From the NCBI RefSeq assembly GCF_006345805.1, contig NC_043009.1, forward strand, positions 66,154,001-66,218,000: a DNA stretch of 64,000 nucleotides. Direction: 5' to 3'. The position numbers and the translations under genes are program-made. The DNA comes from Octopus sinensis. Lineage: Eukaryota. The notes beneath the pieces were generated by a model that saw only the letters and a list, made by a program, of their open reading frames with translations, was not told the origin of the DNA and made no database searches. Below are positions 14,209 to 27,819 of the stretch, piece by piece; the first letter of the stretch is position 1; each line of letters begins with the position of its first letter.

Positions 14209-14245
14209 CAGTACCGGTTTCGGTCATTTGAGACCTTTTCAACTG
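14209..14245 (-). ncRNA. Minimal type I hammerhead ribozyme motif with U3:A8 core variant
   Basis: rc = CAG UUGAAAA GGUC-UCAAAU-GACC GAAA C-CG-G UA CUG. This gives a 3-bp stem I, a 4-bp stem II, a palindromic ACCGGU stem III and a GUA cleavage triplet. Confidence 0.55.
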
Positions 14246-14444
14246 TAACGATTAAATAATTAAGTTTAGAAAAATTAAAAGAAAAGTTTTTTTTAAAGGA
14301 ATATTTGTATAGTGTTCAAATATAAGTGGCATTTTCCTTGTTTCTGCCTTGCTCTGTCTCTCTTGTTTACACTTATGAGTCTGTTGAGATGTTTTGGAAG
14401 AATGACATGTAAAAACCTAACGATACGTCCTTTTTTTTACTCCC

Positions 14445-14523
14445 CTGACGAGGTTTTGCCCAATAGAATGTTTTAATTACTAGGATTTAATTGTTTGGGG
14501 AAAAATCGAAACAGCTGTAAGTG
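14445..14523 (+). ncRNA. Hammerhead-like motif with disrupted stem I
   Basis: CUGACGA, long imperfect stem II (GGUUUUGCCCAA...UUGGGGAAAAAUC), GAAA, palindromic ACAGCUGU, GUA. The CCC upstream of the core does not pair with the downstream AGU. Confidence 0.45.
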
Positions 14524-14659
14524 AACATGTTGAATGGTTGCAGTTAATACACTATATTAACGCTATTTCTTCATTTTCTGGATTTGAATTTGAATATTTA
14601 TAAACCAAGATTTAATATTTAAACCTATTATTTTAGGAATGTTAATATTCACAACAAAA

Positions 14660-15225
14660 TAATAGGTAACAAACTGCTGCTCTCATCTGTGTTTCCTGCC
14701 GTGAGGTAGGCTCGTCTGGAACCCGTAACAGGAAGAGATCCAGTTTTGTTTTGAAGACACATCCACACCATGCAGGTCTCTCAGGCACTTTGGAAGGATA
14801 CTGAAGAGCTGTGGGCCCTTGAAGCCGAAGCTGTTGCAATAACTGATCCTGTATTTTAATGGCGATGCTGGGATCTTTGGCAGTATGCAGTGGCGCCCCG
14901 TTCTGCAGTTTGAATAACTTTCAATGTCAAAGTTTGGTACAAGGCCTTCTAGGTTTTTCCAGATGTATATCACTGCATATCTATCCCGCCTTCATTCCAG
15001 GAAGAAGAGTTTTAATTCTCTAAGTCTTTCCTAGTAACTGGCATGTTGCATCAAGATGATTTTCTTAGTATAACTTCGTTGGATTGTTTCAAGTTCTGCC
15101 ATGGATTTTTTATTGTGTTGTGACCATAGTTGGGAGCAATATTCTAAGCGGCTGAGAAAGTGTATCCGCCAAAGGATCATCAATGTCTCCTTTTCTCCTG
15201 TTTTGAACGTTCGGAGGATCCATCC
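14660..15225 (-). mobile_element. CR1/L2-group LINE, decayed ORF2 C-terminal region
   Basis: Translates to [55 protein letters not shown]...RRDRYAVIYIWKNLEGLVPNF...SFGFKGPQLFSILPKCLRDL, with stops. LEYC...W...LE.IQR..TK is the post-RT motif of CR1/L2-type LINEs. Confidence 0.85.
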
Positions 15226-15320
15226 ATCCATCCATCTGCCTTTTATTACCAAATTGATAATATGCACTTGGCAAGATGCATCATTGCTATGTCAATGCCC
15301 ATATCACGCACTGATGTTTG

Positions 15321-15357
<37 letters not shown>

Positions 15358-15364
15358 CATATTG

Positions 15365-15397
<33 letters not shown>

Positions 15398-15489
15398 ACA
15401 TACATATTGATATATATATATATATATATACATACATATTATATATATATATATATATGTGTGTGGTGTATGTATATAATACGTAAGTG

Positions 15490-15586
<97 letters not shown>

Positions 15587-16568
15587 GTTTGTCTGTCTGT
15601 CTGTATGTCTCTCTATTTATATTATATGTATATATACATATATATCTATGTATATATGTATGTATGTATGAGAAATTAAAATGGCAAAGAAATAAGAAAT
15701 TATGACATAAACTTCAATAACTTACAGCTATTCCTACTATAAGATGCAATGCACACAGCTTCATTTTTGAAGCTTCGATGAAGCTATAGAGTGGTTACGC
15801 AAGAACTCAACTATGAGTGAATTGCGTCCTACAGCAGAAACAACTGTGAGCTAATGTAGTTCATGACATTTTTTCTTATTCCTTTGTCATTTTGATTTCT
15901 TTCCACTGCTCTGTACTCGACTGACGTTTCCATCTGATGCAAACGTACATTGAGCTGGAACACCAGTTTCTGTCGCTATGACTAAACGAAATAATACATA
16001 CATAATTACATACGTACATATATACATATGTATATATGTATACATACACACAGACACACAGAGACACACACGCGCATATATTTACATGCATCCATCTTTA
16101 CAGACGTTGGTCCACTCAGAAAATACTTCAAACGATTAGCGCCATTTTCCTGCGCGCTTGTTTTTGTATCTTGCGTTCTTTTGTCCAATGTCGGCATTTG
16201 GATAATTCTTTAATCTCATACGTGGCACCACGTCGTTAGTTCGTTTCGATTCTTTTGTCATTGAGAAAAAAAAAAAAAAACAGACAAAAAAAAAGAAAAA
16301 GAAAAAGAAAAAAATGAAAGACGAAGAAATGATAAAGAGATAATGTGTTATTCGACCAAACGAAATCGGAATGAAAACGGTGGAACGAAAAAAAACGAAG
16401 AAAATTAAGAAAAATTGTATTAAAAGTAGAAACTAAGGAAAATATATTAAAAAAAAAAGGAAAATCAAAGTCCTCATCATCCCGCCAAAAAATGAATAAA
16501 TAATGCGATAATTCACACACACACACACATGCATATACACACACTCATATATATGTGTATGTATGTAC

Positions 16569-16605
<37 letters not shown>

Positions 16606-16610
16606 TATAT

Positions 16611-16672
<62 letters not shown>

Positions 16673-16804
16673 CACACACCACATATCTATATATATATGA
16701 ATATTTATGTATATATATATATATATATGTATATATATGAATATACATATATACACATACATGCATGTGTAAGTATATAGCCTCGACATATATATATATA
16801 TAAT

Positions 16805-16842
<38 letters not shown>

Positions 16843-19269
16843 GATATATGTATATATATAGGCAATAATAAAAATAAACAATAATAATGATATTATTTGT
16901 CTAAGCGAAATCAAGATAAATAAATAAATAAATGAATGCAAATCGAATAAGAAAAGAAAATGCAAGGAATAAAAGAATACACGAACGAAGGAATAAACAA
17001 AGAATACATTCTCTGTTCAAAGACAAACAAATGTCTGTCTGAAAGTTTGGCATATTTATTCTCCGTCGATCTCCGTTGTTTTTTTTTTTGCGTTTATTTC
17101 GTTTTGTTTTATTAATTTTGATCTGTTTCATTTATTTTTTTATATTATAATTTACTGTTGAGTGGTCGTAGGGGCGGCGCTAGCGGTGGCGGCGGCGGTG
17201 GTAGTATAAGCTAGAAGTGAGTTTGTGCTGAAATAATAACAATCTATAGGTTATTCGCTTGTTTCTACAATCGTGATCATTACACTCAGGTTTTCGTGTC
17301 TCGGTCGATGCCAGCTAACTTCTCGTTGTTTAATGTTGTTCTTGGGTGAAAACATAGACGTACAACATATATATATATTTGCGGCTAATTGGCAAAAATC
17401 GTGAAGAGTGTCGGTTAGATTGCTTTGCGGTAGTCTCTCTCTGAGGGCGACGAGTGCAAATCCTGGCAAGGTCAACTTTGCATTTCAAGTTTTCGAGGTC
17501 GATAAAAAAGTAAATAATGTAAATAATGTAAAAAAAAGTATCTGTCTTGTACTTCGGGTAGATTCTTCTTTTCATTGCTTTGTCTGAGACTCTTTCTGCC
17601 CTGGAATAAATTGACTATGGTTAGACCTAGAACGGAATACACTCCACCAGGTCTAACAGAGACCTTGTTCGAGGCTCTAGAATGATATGACAAGTTATAA
17701 TACTTACACATCTGTGTATATTTTCAGAAAGATAAAATGTCTTAGATTTTCTTTGAGGTTTGTCAAAAAAGAAATTATCTTTTTACTCTAAAGGAAGCTT
17801 TATTCTTCTGAGGAGAATGTTTCCATCCCAAATTGAAGGATTTCCTATTTTTATATCATGTTACCGACATTACTAATGGCCCTGAGAAACATATGGTATC
17901 GCCAATTACGACTTCTCTCCCTCTCTTTTTCCTTTCTTTCATTTATCATTCTCCCTGTTGCTTTTAACTTTCATCTTCGAGTTAATATTATTAGCGCCAA
18001 TCAAAAACGTGGATCAATTTTATCGACTTCACGACTCCTGCAGTCGTTCTGTCCTTCCCATGTTAGAAAAAAAGAGTTCCTTGCTACATCAGGTTGACAA
18101 TTAACAGCACCCCTCTCTGGTGGCGACCATAACAAGAATAATGCAGATCAAGGAACTTTCTTGGGAGAAGACGAAGGTGTCTCCCTGTTACGTTTCTTTC
18201 TACTACGTTTCTCTTTTAAAAGCCTTCTCTTGTCGGCTGCAGGCAATTTTGAATGAGGGAGAAAGAGACGAATTGACATCGAGGGAAAGAAAGAATCAAT
18301 CGTTCGCTCGTCGTATGTAATTTATACTTTATGTGCCGACAGTGAAAACAAAACAAAATTTGACCTCAGACCCGAAACAGTCGGAGTACGGCAAGTTATT
18401 CTACCCGGTGCTCTAACGATTCTGTCAAATTTCTTCCTTTAAAAGAAAAAAATTTAAAAAAGAAAAGAAAATTAGTCTGATTAGTACGATTAGGGTGTCA
18501 GGCATTCAAACATATCGGGTAGGAATCAATTTTGTTTTTTAACCTTTCAGTGTCGATAAAATAAAACATTAGTGAAATAATAAGGAGGTGGGGTTCGATG
18601 ATATTGGCTAACACTCCCACTACAAAATGTTGTATGCTAGAAACAATTATTAAGATGACAAATTCCCAACCCTTTTGTCCAGGGTTCAATTCCTGCCGAG
18701 GTCAACTTTGCCGCTTATCTTTCCGAGCTCGATAAAATCAAGATCCCTTGAATAAATACTGGACTTGTTTGTATCAATGGTTTTCATTTTGCAAATTTCT
18801 GGCTTTGTCTGTGAGCCACCACCATTATGATGGCGCATTGTTACAGGAGGTCAGACAACGGACAACCTAGTTCGTAGTATTTATAAATTACAGTATTTAA
18901 CAGTTTACATTCAACGTTCGAATCTCGCTAGAGTAGTGAACTTTCGCTTTTATCCTTCCATTCAGTTGCAGCAGAACACAGAACTCTGTCTCTCTCTTTC
19001 TCTCTCTCTTTCTCTCCTTCTCTCTCTCTTCTCCTCTCCCCCCTCTCTCTCTCATCTCTTCTTTGCTAAAAAAGATTATCCAGAAACATCGGATCTTTCA
19101 GTTGCTTCAGGGTAGCTACATTGGTTTTAACCATAACACTGAGAGAATTGACAGAATCGGTAGAGCATCGAACCGAATAGCTCGCAGTATTTGTTCCGTC
19201 TGTCTTGGTTTCGAGTTCAAATCCCACAAAAGCTAACTTAATTTTTCCTCTCTTTTCGATGAAGTCTAG

Positions 19270-19633
19270 TGCCATTTCCATTGTTGGAAGCATTCCTGAA
19301 ACTTCTTTTCGGGGATTGCGAACTGGTACCTCGTCGCATTCACTTGGATTTCCTTGATGTCTTGAAATCTTGGTGGGGGTCTCCTTCTGTGATTACTGAG
19401 CCTTAATTTCAGGATCATAGATTTATATCTCCACGATATATCACCTGTTATGACCGTTTTCAAAAAGTTTCCATTGTCTCTGGCACAATCATGGAACTCC
19501 TGCGCAGCTGAAACCCGATTTTCTCTTTGAGACAACCACACTCGCATGCGCGACAGAGTTCGTCCTCAATCTGTGACAAGTGGCACTCTGCATTCTTTAG
19601 CTCCGTTACAGACCCGATACTTTTTGATCAAAC
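19270..19633 (-). mobile_element. Internally deleted Tc1/mariner (mariner-type) element
   Basis: RVSAAQEFHDCARDNGNFLKTVITGDISW is an ITGDETW-type first catalytic Asp motif, fused to the C-terminal DIKEIQVNATR...IPEKKFQECFQQWK. The TIR-like CCCGATACTTTTTGATCAAAC lies at 19613-19633. Confidence 0.75.
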
Positions 19634-20020
19634 CTTGTCGTCGTGTCACTCCGTCGGTTACGACGTCGAGGGTTCCAGTTGATCCGATCAACAGAACAGC
19701 GTACTCGTGAAATTAACGTGAAAGTGGCTGAGATAGACAAATGTACTCTTAACGTAGTTCTCGGGGGAGATTCAGCGTGATACAGAGTGTGACAAGGCTG
19801 GCCCCTTTGAAATACAGGTACAACAGAAACAGGAAGAAAGAGTGAGTGAAAGTTGTGGTGAAAGAGTACAGCAGTGTTCGCCACTACTCCATGCCGGAGC
19901 GTCGTGGAGCTTTAGGTGGTTTCGCTCAATAAACACTCGCAACGCCCGGTCAGAGAATCGAAACCGTGATCCCACGACCGCGAGTCCGCTACCCTAACAA
20001 CTGGACCATTGTGCCTCCAC
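19634..20020 (-). mobile_element. tRNA-derived SINE family C, full length, 8-bp TSD
   Basis: The rc starts GTGGAGGCACAATGGTCCAGTTGTTAGGGTAGCGGACTCGCGGTCGTGGGATCACGGTTTCGATTCT (A and B boxes). TSD GATCAAAC at 19626-19633 and 20021-20028. Confidence 0.92.
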
Positions 20021-20857
20021 GATCAAACGTGATATTCAGGAGTGGATGTGAGTATAGCATAGTGACGTGTAGAATACTTTGAGGTATTTGATTATGTTAC
20101 CCTTCGTTCTGAGTTCAGTCCTCACTAAGGTTGTCTTTGCTATTTTTCTTTGGATGTGTTTGAAGTATTTAAGTTATAAAGAATTCGTTTCTCTGTAAAA
20201 AAAAAGATGCACACTTCGGCAAGTCCGTTGAAAAAGAGGCTTAGTGAAGAGGTCAGAATAAAGCAGAAACATGTCCAAAGTTATCTCCTGTACTTGTTTT
20301 AAAAAATAAATGAAGGTAATATTAGTTATTAATTAATATTTCTTCTTTTCCCCACCACACAATTATTTCCAATTAGTTTTTTAATACTAGCTGCCTTAAT
20401 TATTTTAACACTAACTGAACTAAAGTCGTTCAAACACACGGCGTCCTTGAATGATATTATTTCTAAATAAGTACCATTCGAATGTTGGGGTCGATACCAT
20501 CGACTGTACATTATGAAGGTTGATGCACCAACGTTAGCACAACTAATGAGTGAAGCCGGGTAAAGAAGAGGCTAAAATATGGCGCGGAGTGTAAGGTTGG
20601 TTCTAGACTCTGTCTAAGACTGCAAGGTTTATCGGAAGATGAGATTCACAAAGAAACCTCCGAAATATATTGATTTGGAGTAATATGAAGGATTGAATAG
20701 AATTTCAATATTAAGAAAAGAGCAAATGAGATCAAATATTGATTATTTTGTAATGGCATGAAGAGTTATATTTTATTGATTCTGTTTCAGCATACCCCGT
20801 ATCACCCAGAGTGATGAAAAGCCTTCCACAGATTCTGATAATAACAACAACAACAAC

Positions 20858-20942
<85 letters not shown>

Positions 20943-21061
20943 TGATGATGATAATAATGATGATGACGATGATGATGATGATGATGATGATGATGTAATG
21001 ATGATGATGATGATGATGATAATAACAACAACAACACAATAATAATGATGATAAGTATTCT

Positions 21062-21260
21062 TTCTAGTTTTGGGACCAAGCCAGCCATTTTGAGGGGAGG
21101 GGGACTGGTGTACATTGACCTCAGTGTGCAACTGGTATTTATTTTATCGATTTCACAATGATGAAAGACAAAGTCGATCTCGGCGGCATCTGAAATCTGA
21201 GCTTAAAGAGGCGGAAGAAATTCTTCTAAGCATTTTGTTCGGCGAGCTAACGATACTGCC
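21062..21260 (-). mobile_element. SINE family A
   Basis: The rc matches the family A head and body (TGGCAGTATCGTTAGCTCGCCGAAC...AATAAATACCAGTTGCACACTGAGGTCAATGTA). Confidence 0.75.
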
Positions 21261-23437
21261 ATGATAATGGTTTCCAATTGACAGTGCAGGGTTTCGACAA
21301 AATTTGAACGCAAATTCTGAAAAACCATTTCTTTCGATGCTCTACCGATTCTGTTAAAGCATGCCCTTAGAGAATCGGAAACATTGCTTTGCGATATTTC
21401 TTCCGGCATCAGGCTGCACATTTCTTTTCTTATTCTGTTTTTTTTTGTGTGTGTGTGTGTGTGATAGAATGAAGTTCCGTTCATGTACGAGCGGTTCTCC
21501 ATCCCTAGCGTAAAGAAGACAATAAAAGAAACACGTTTAAAGATATCCTTTCATTTATAGATCTCTGTCTTTAGAAATACAAAATCTCTTCAACTGGTCT
21601 TTATTCTCTTCTATTCAAAGCTGGACGAAGCTGCCCAAGAGAAATAGAAATTGTTTAACAAATAACCGGTTTTTAGAGCTGTTTAATCATCGGCTCTTTT
21701 GTTTTTGCTGTCACCGACTTTGCAAAGAATTGCTGGCGTTTTAATTCAAAAGGGAATTTGTAAAAATTTATAAATTTATAAGACTGGGAAATCCTGAGTA
21801 ATGACTTTCCGAGAATAATTCTTGGATTGTTGCAATAATCACTTGGTTTGACATTGAAATAATATAATTGTAGAAATATCCCAGAATGCACTGCGGCCAT
21901 TGCGAGTCTGTCCTTAGCAACAAAACTTCATTATTGCTGTCATTTGTAGTGATTGGTTCATTGGAGGAGCTGAAACGGTAATTTGTACAAATGTGCAAAT
22001 ATGTAAATATGTATCGAATTATTTTGTTTATTGATTGTGGTCGTCGTTTAGCTCCAGATTGCACCTAATCGAACAATCTTTTAATCAAAGATAGTCGAGC
22101 GATGATTATCTTATTTGATTTTCTGATAATCCATCGAGAGCCACATTATTCAGTATCCATTTTTACGACGATGATGAGGAATTTTCTTTTTAGTCTGTTT
22201 CTAGTCATCAAGGCCATGCTGTGGCATCGTCTACTTCACAGGGTGGGGTGCATTGAGGAGGAGTTGACTGCTATATATGTTTATGTCCATGCACGTGCTA
22301 GTCTAGACCACACTTTGATTCGTACAAAACCGAGATAAATTTATGTTAAAATGTTCAATGAAAATATTTAAGGCAAATTAAACGATTTGAAATTTATAAC
22401 TATTGTCTGTGAGATGTAAAAGACACGGAATTGAAAAACAAGATTTATACGATATGAATTAGATAAATTAAATACCTTATTATTCTGAGACAATGTATGG
22501 CTTCAATGAGTTATTCTTAGATTGTTATTAGTTGCCCACGGAAAACTTTCATTAAAGTCCTACGTGGCGCGGAAAAGTTGCCAAACACAGATATATCCTT
22601 TAACCAAACCGAAAATATCGCCACCTGAGGAAATGACACAGAGATTCACTGAGAAATTCTCTACAACAACTGGTTTCTTTGCCTTTCCTTTTCTTCCGAA
22701 ATGGTTTTTGCTTCTGTAAATTAGCAACCTTAGAATTTACGTCGTACCTTTTGACCAAGTCTACCCGAAATACCTTCCTAGTCTCCTCTCGCCGCACTTA
22801 CTGCAACTCACTTTTTCACATTAAACATTCTAACCATTCACTCTCAGAGTTATTATTCGCTGGAATTGTCCACCATTTTCGACCGTCTGCATCTTGTTTA
22901 CCCTCAGTTTACCTCACGTCTAGCAAAGATGTGATCATTCACTTTCTAATAGTGACCATCCAATTAAATTTTCAGGTATAATATGTCTCGACAGAAATTT
23001 TCTTATATACGTAATTTCCCATTTTCTTTAAACAGAACAGTTGAGGCTGCTTTATAGGGATGTCTGGCTGCTATTGTTAGGAGGTCGAACAGCAACACTT
23101 AGAGGAACCCTTGATGACTCATTCACAAATTTCTTTGACGTTGACCAGCAGACATTGACCTGTACGCTGCGTATGTTGATCAGTTTAACATCTATTAGTT
23201 ACGGAAACCCGAGTGTAAGGCTTTTCACGGGTGTTGTAAACCTTACTCTCATTATACCATAAATAACAATAAAAATAAGGAAATAGACCGCGCTGATAGA
23301 ATGAAGTTCCGTTCATGTACGAGCGGTTCTTCGTCCCTGACGTAAAGAAGTTTATCTGCAATAAATGGGTTATATTTTTACGAAACCAAAAAGTATTTTA
23401 ATAATTTTTTTTTAAACAATTCCAAGAAGTAATGTTT

Positions 23438-23844
23438 TATTCTTTTATTCTTTTACTAGTTTCAGTCATTTGACTGCGGCCATGCTGGAGCACCGCCTTT
23501 AGTCGAAGAAATCGACACCAGGAATTATTCTTTGCAAGCCTAGTACTTATTTTATCGGATCTCTTTTGTCGAACCGCTAAATAACGGGGACATAAACACA
23601 CCGACATCGATTGTCAAGCGATGGTGGTGGCGGGGTCAAGCACAGACACACAAATACATACATGCATGCATGCATATGTACGACGGGCTTCTTTCAGTTT
23701 CCGTCTACCAAATCCACTCACAAGGCTTTAGTCGGCCCGAGGCTATGGCAGAAGACACTTGCCCAGGGTGCCACGCAGTGGGACTGAACCCGGAACCATG
23801 TGGTTCTTAAGCAACCTACTTACCACGGAGCCAGTCCTGCGCCT
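23438..23844 (-). mobile_element. SINE family B, full length
   Basis: Complete head (23681-23844), short internal CA/TACA/TGCA microsatellite (about 23641-23680) and tail ending in (AAAAGAAT)n. Confidence 0.92.
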
Positions 23845-25037
23845 ATTTAATTATAAAAATAAAATAACATATGTTTTAAGCATCGAATTACTACGGGGGT
23901 CCATTTGAGTAAAACAGACATCAAAGAATTCCATAACCACGAAAAAAATAACATTTTTGAGAACGAGTGTTCTAAGACTTAGCAAGAATGCAGTTTGAGT
24001 GCTTATAAAGTTATTTTATATATATATATTTTTTATCTTTCTTTCCGAGGAATAGTTTCCTGCTTTCAGCAAATCGATGCCAACTCAGAGTTCTGCAGAA
24101 ATAGAAAAGTCTATTTAACACTAAATTTGATATTCATATGTCTAATTTGGTAAAAATAAAAATGAATGAATTATTGATTGACCGTTTAATTAAAGACGAT
24201 AATGAAGCGGTTGTCTGTTTTGGCTACGAAACCAACTTCATTATTATACAATATGTTCGTGTGTATTTGTGTATACGTGTTTGTGTGTATTCATCTTGTA
24301 CACACGTTTATGTATATATATATACATACACACATACATACACACACATACACACACACATATATATATTAAACTAATACACAAGCATGCATATAAAATA
24401 TATATGTATATATATATATACACACACATATTAAACTAATACACACGCATACATATAAAAATATGTTTATATATGTGTGTGTGTATATATATATATACAT
24501 ATATATATACATATATATATATATACATATATATATACATATATACATACATACGTATATATATATATATTTACATATATATGTATATACGTATATACGT
24601 ATATACATATATATGTATATATGTGTGTATATATGTATATATATATATGTGTGTGTGTGTGTATACATACACACATGCATGGACATCCCTTCCTTCTTTT
24701 CATCCCTTTCCTTCCTATTTCTTTTCTTTTCCAGCATCGTTTACGCCTCTTCATTTACTCAGGACAACGATGTTATATGGCCAATCATTACGGTCATATT
24801 CTTTCTATTATATGCAATCAAATTTCTTCCAGATTTTCCCAATATATTTGGTGCATTTCTTTAAAAAAAATATGCTTATGTGCCATTCCTGAAGATAATG
24901 CGAAGATCGGAACCGAGAAACTCGGAGCAAGAAGTGAATATTCATCAATAAAATTTATTCTTGTAATTTTATATTGAATCCATTTTTACGCACCTTGTTT
25001 CCTTCAATATATATTTGTGTGACTAAGAAAGCTTGTC

Positions 25038-25102
<65 letters not shown>

Positions 25103-25105
25103 CAC

Positions 25106-25178
<73 letters not shown>

Positions 25179-25506
25179 TAATTTAAAAATAGGATAAAAT
25201 CTTTGTACGAATTTATCAAGTAGTCAGCGTGAAAAACCTCATAAGGGAAAATTTATTAATTATTCCCTTTAAATATATTTATTTATATTAAGGGCATTAC
25301 TATACATAAATGCCTCACGCTAGGAGGGACTTTTAAAGTCAAAAGCTAACATAATAAATACGCTGTACCGAACGCGAAGGAATGCAACGCTCGAAGCGAG
25401 CCTTTTAAAAACAGACTCAGCTGCAGATCATGTGATTTCATAAGTAGTGCACACAATGCACTTTTTAATCGTCAGTGCAAGCATAATCAAAACATTTTTA
25501 TATATG

Positions 25507-25564
<58 letters not shown>

Positions 25565-26274
25565 ATATATATACATCATATATATCTATATAGATATATG
25601 TATGTATGTATGTATGTATGTATATATATATATATATATATATATAAGTGAGAAAGTTGGTGTGTGAAAGAACATGGTTGGATGTATAAAAAATAGAAAA
25701 GAGTGAAAAAGCTACAGAAGACTTGTGTTATAAGATTAAAGAATATATTTAAGTCGTTATGTTAGAAAAATTTTATAACAGCCTTCTGAGCATTTCTGCC
25801 TGCAAGTTTTGGTCGATTCGAGGTTATGGTAAACCCTTGCTCAAGATGCCACGCAGTGGGACTGAACCCGGAACCATGTGGTTGGGAAGCCAGCTTCTTG
25901 CCACATAGCCATTCCTGTACGTACATATATCACACATACACATATATATGTATATTAATCTTAAATGAGCATATATAGAAATGCATACCTGTGTACAGTC
26001 ACACATACTTACAAGCACACTTACAATGCCTATCTACCTATCTACCTATCTACCTATTTAGCTAGCAGGCAAGCTAGCTAGTTGTCTGCTTCTCTCTAAT
26101 TTATCCTTATTTTGTCTTCTTCAGCATGACAAAAGATGTTTGTGTTTACACACACACACACACACACATACACACATACACACACACGGTGATACATGCA
26201 TCCATACATACATTACACATGCATACATACATATATATATATATATACATATATATACACATATATATATATAT

Positions 26275-26305
<31 letters not shown>

Positions 26306-26710
26306 CATGTGTGTGTGTGTATGTATATATATATTGATACAGATATATTTATGTGCACACACACACACACACACACACCACATATATGCATGTAACATAA
26401 ATATTGAACGACGTCTTTATACGTAATGGCAAAGATGCATTCACATATGTGTATATTCAGAAATGCAGCCACATACTCACCACACACACACACTCTTTCT
26501 CCGTCTCTGTCTCTCTGTCTCTCTCTGTCTCTCTCTCTCTCTCTCATTCCTTTAATTAGTTGACACACATTTATACAAGTTCATCGGCGTCTATTTATTT
26601 CCCTTTTTCTCTCTTTTCCGCTCGACTCCCCTCCCCACCTTTGTCATTCCTTATCAATCTATATCGCACTCTTCCTCAATCTCTCCTCCTATGCGTATGC
26701 ATGTGTATGT

Positions 26711-26767
<57 letters not shown>

Positions 26768-26965
26768 AATATATAATATACATATACGTATATATATATG
26801 TATATTATATATATATACATATATATGTATATGTACTATATGTATTATAAATATCTAACTTAATTTCGCGATATATATATGTATGTGTATATATATATAT
26901 GTATGTACATGCATGTATGTATATTATATATATATATTAATGCATATATACACATATGTACATAC

Positions 26966-27018
<53 letters not shown>

Positions 27019-27819
27019 GCATGTATGTGTGTGTGTGTGTGTGTTATTTACCTTAGAACATATTTTCATAACTGAAAGATTTTTTTCCTCATATTTATAT
27101 TTGAAAGGAAATTTCATTATTAAGAATTTTTAACAAATTATTAATTTCTTAAGTTGGCGCAATGCCTCAGAGTTTGTTATTGGTGAAGATAATAATTAGC
27201 TTCAGGCCAACTCTGTCCGAGCAAACGCATAATCAAAGACAATCTACCATGACTACACTGCCTTTTGTGTCTCTAGAACTGCAAGGTCTAATGTGTGTCA
27301 TACCCCGTGTGTTTATTTTCATGACGGTGGAGTGTGGTTCTTTGGGGTCCATGATTCCAAAGTATAGACCCAGCGTTTCCAGTTCGTATCGGAATAGGCG
27401 CCTAAAGACGGCTGAGCTAGGGTTTGCACTCCGACCATGTAAATCGTCACCAGAAGCGACTTCCCAAACAGATACCTGGATTGGAGGGTTATCACCTGAA
27501 TGGTGCAAAGGTGACATTCACCAGGAGAAGGTAATCACCGACAATTGATGGATGTGGCCACGCGTTGCAATAGCGCATGCTCCCACATCTAACCTAACCT
27601 AGTGTATAGCTGGTACGTTAATGATGTCATATAGAAATGAAGGAGAAGGTGACGAGCTGGCAGATGTTTTATCATGCCGGACAAAATGGTTAACACCATT
27701 TCGTCCGTTTTTACCTTCAGAGCTCAAATTCTGTGGAAGCCGGCTTTACCTTTCATTTTTTTGTGGGTTGATGAAATAAGAGTTAATCGCTTTCACGGAT
27801 TCCTCAAAAACTATAAGAA

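Noticed and set aside
15771-15845. Plus-strand exon-like peptide FDEAIEWLRKNSTMSELRPTAETT
   Set aside because: The acceptor is weak, and the sequence is better explained as a decayed hammerhead hairpin.
19950-20020. tRNA gene-like sequences here and at 37150-37219
   Set aside because: They are SINE heads: no proper acceptor stem or anticodon arm, continuous with the SINE body and flanked by TSDs.
23036-23214. Plus-strand exon candidate QLRLLYRDVWLLLLGG...YGNPS with a GTAAGG donor
   Set aside because: No recognisable homology and no compatible neighbouring exons, so it cannot be supported without RNA data.
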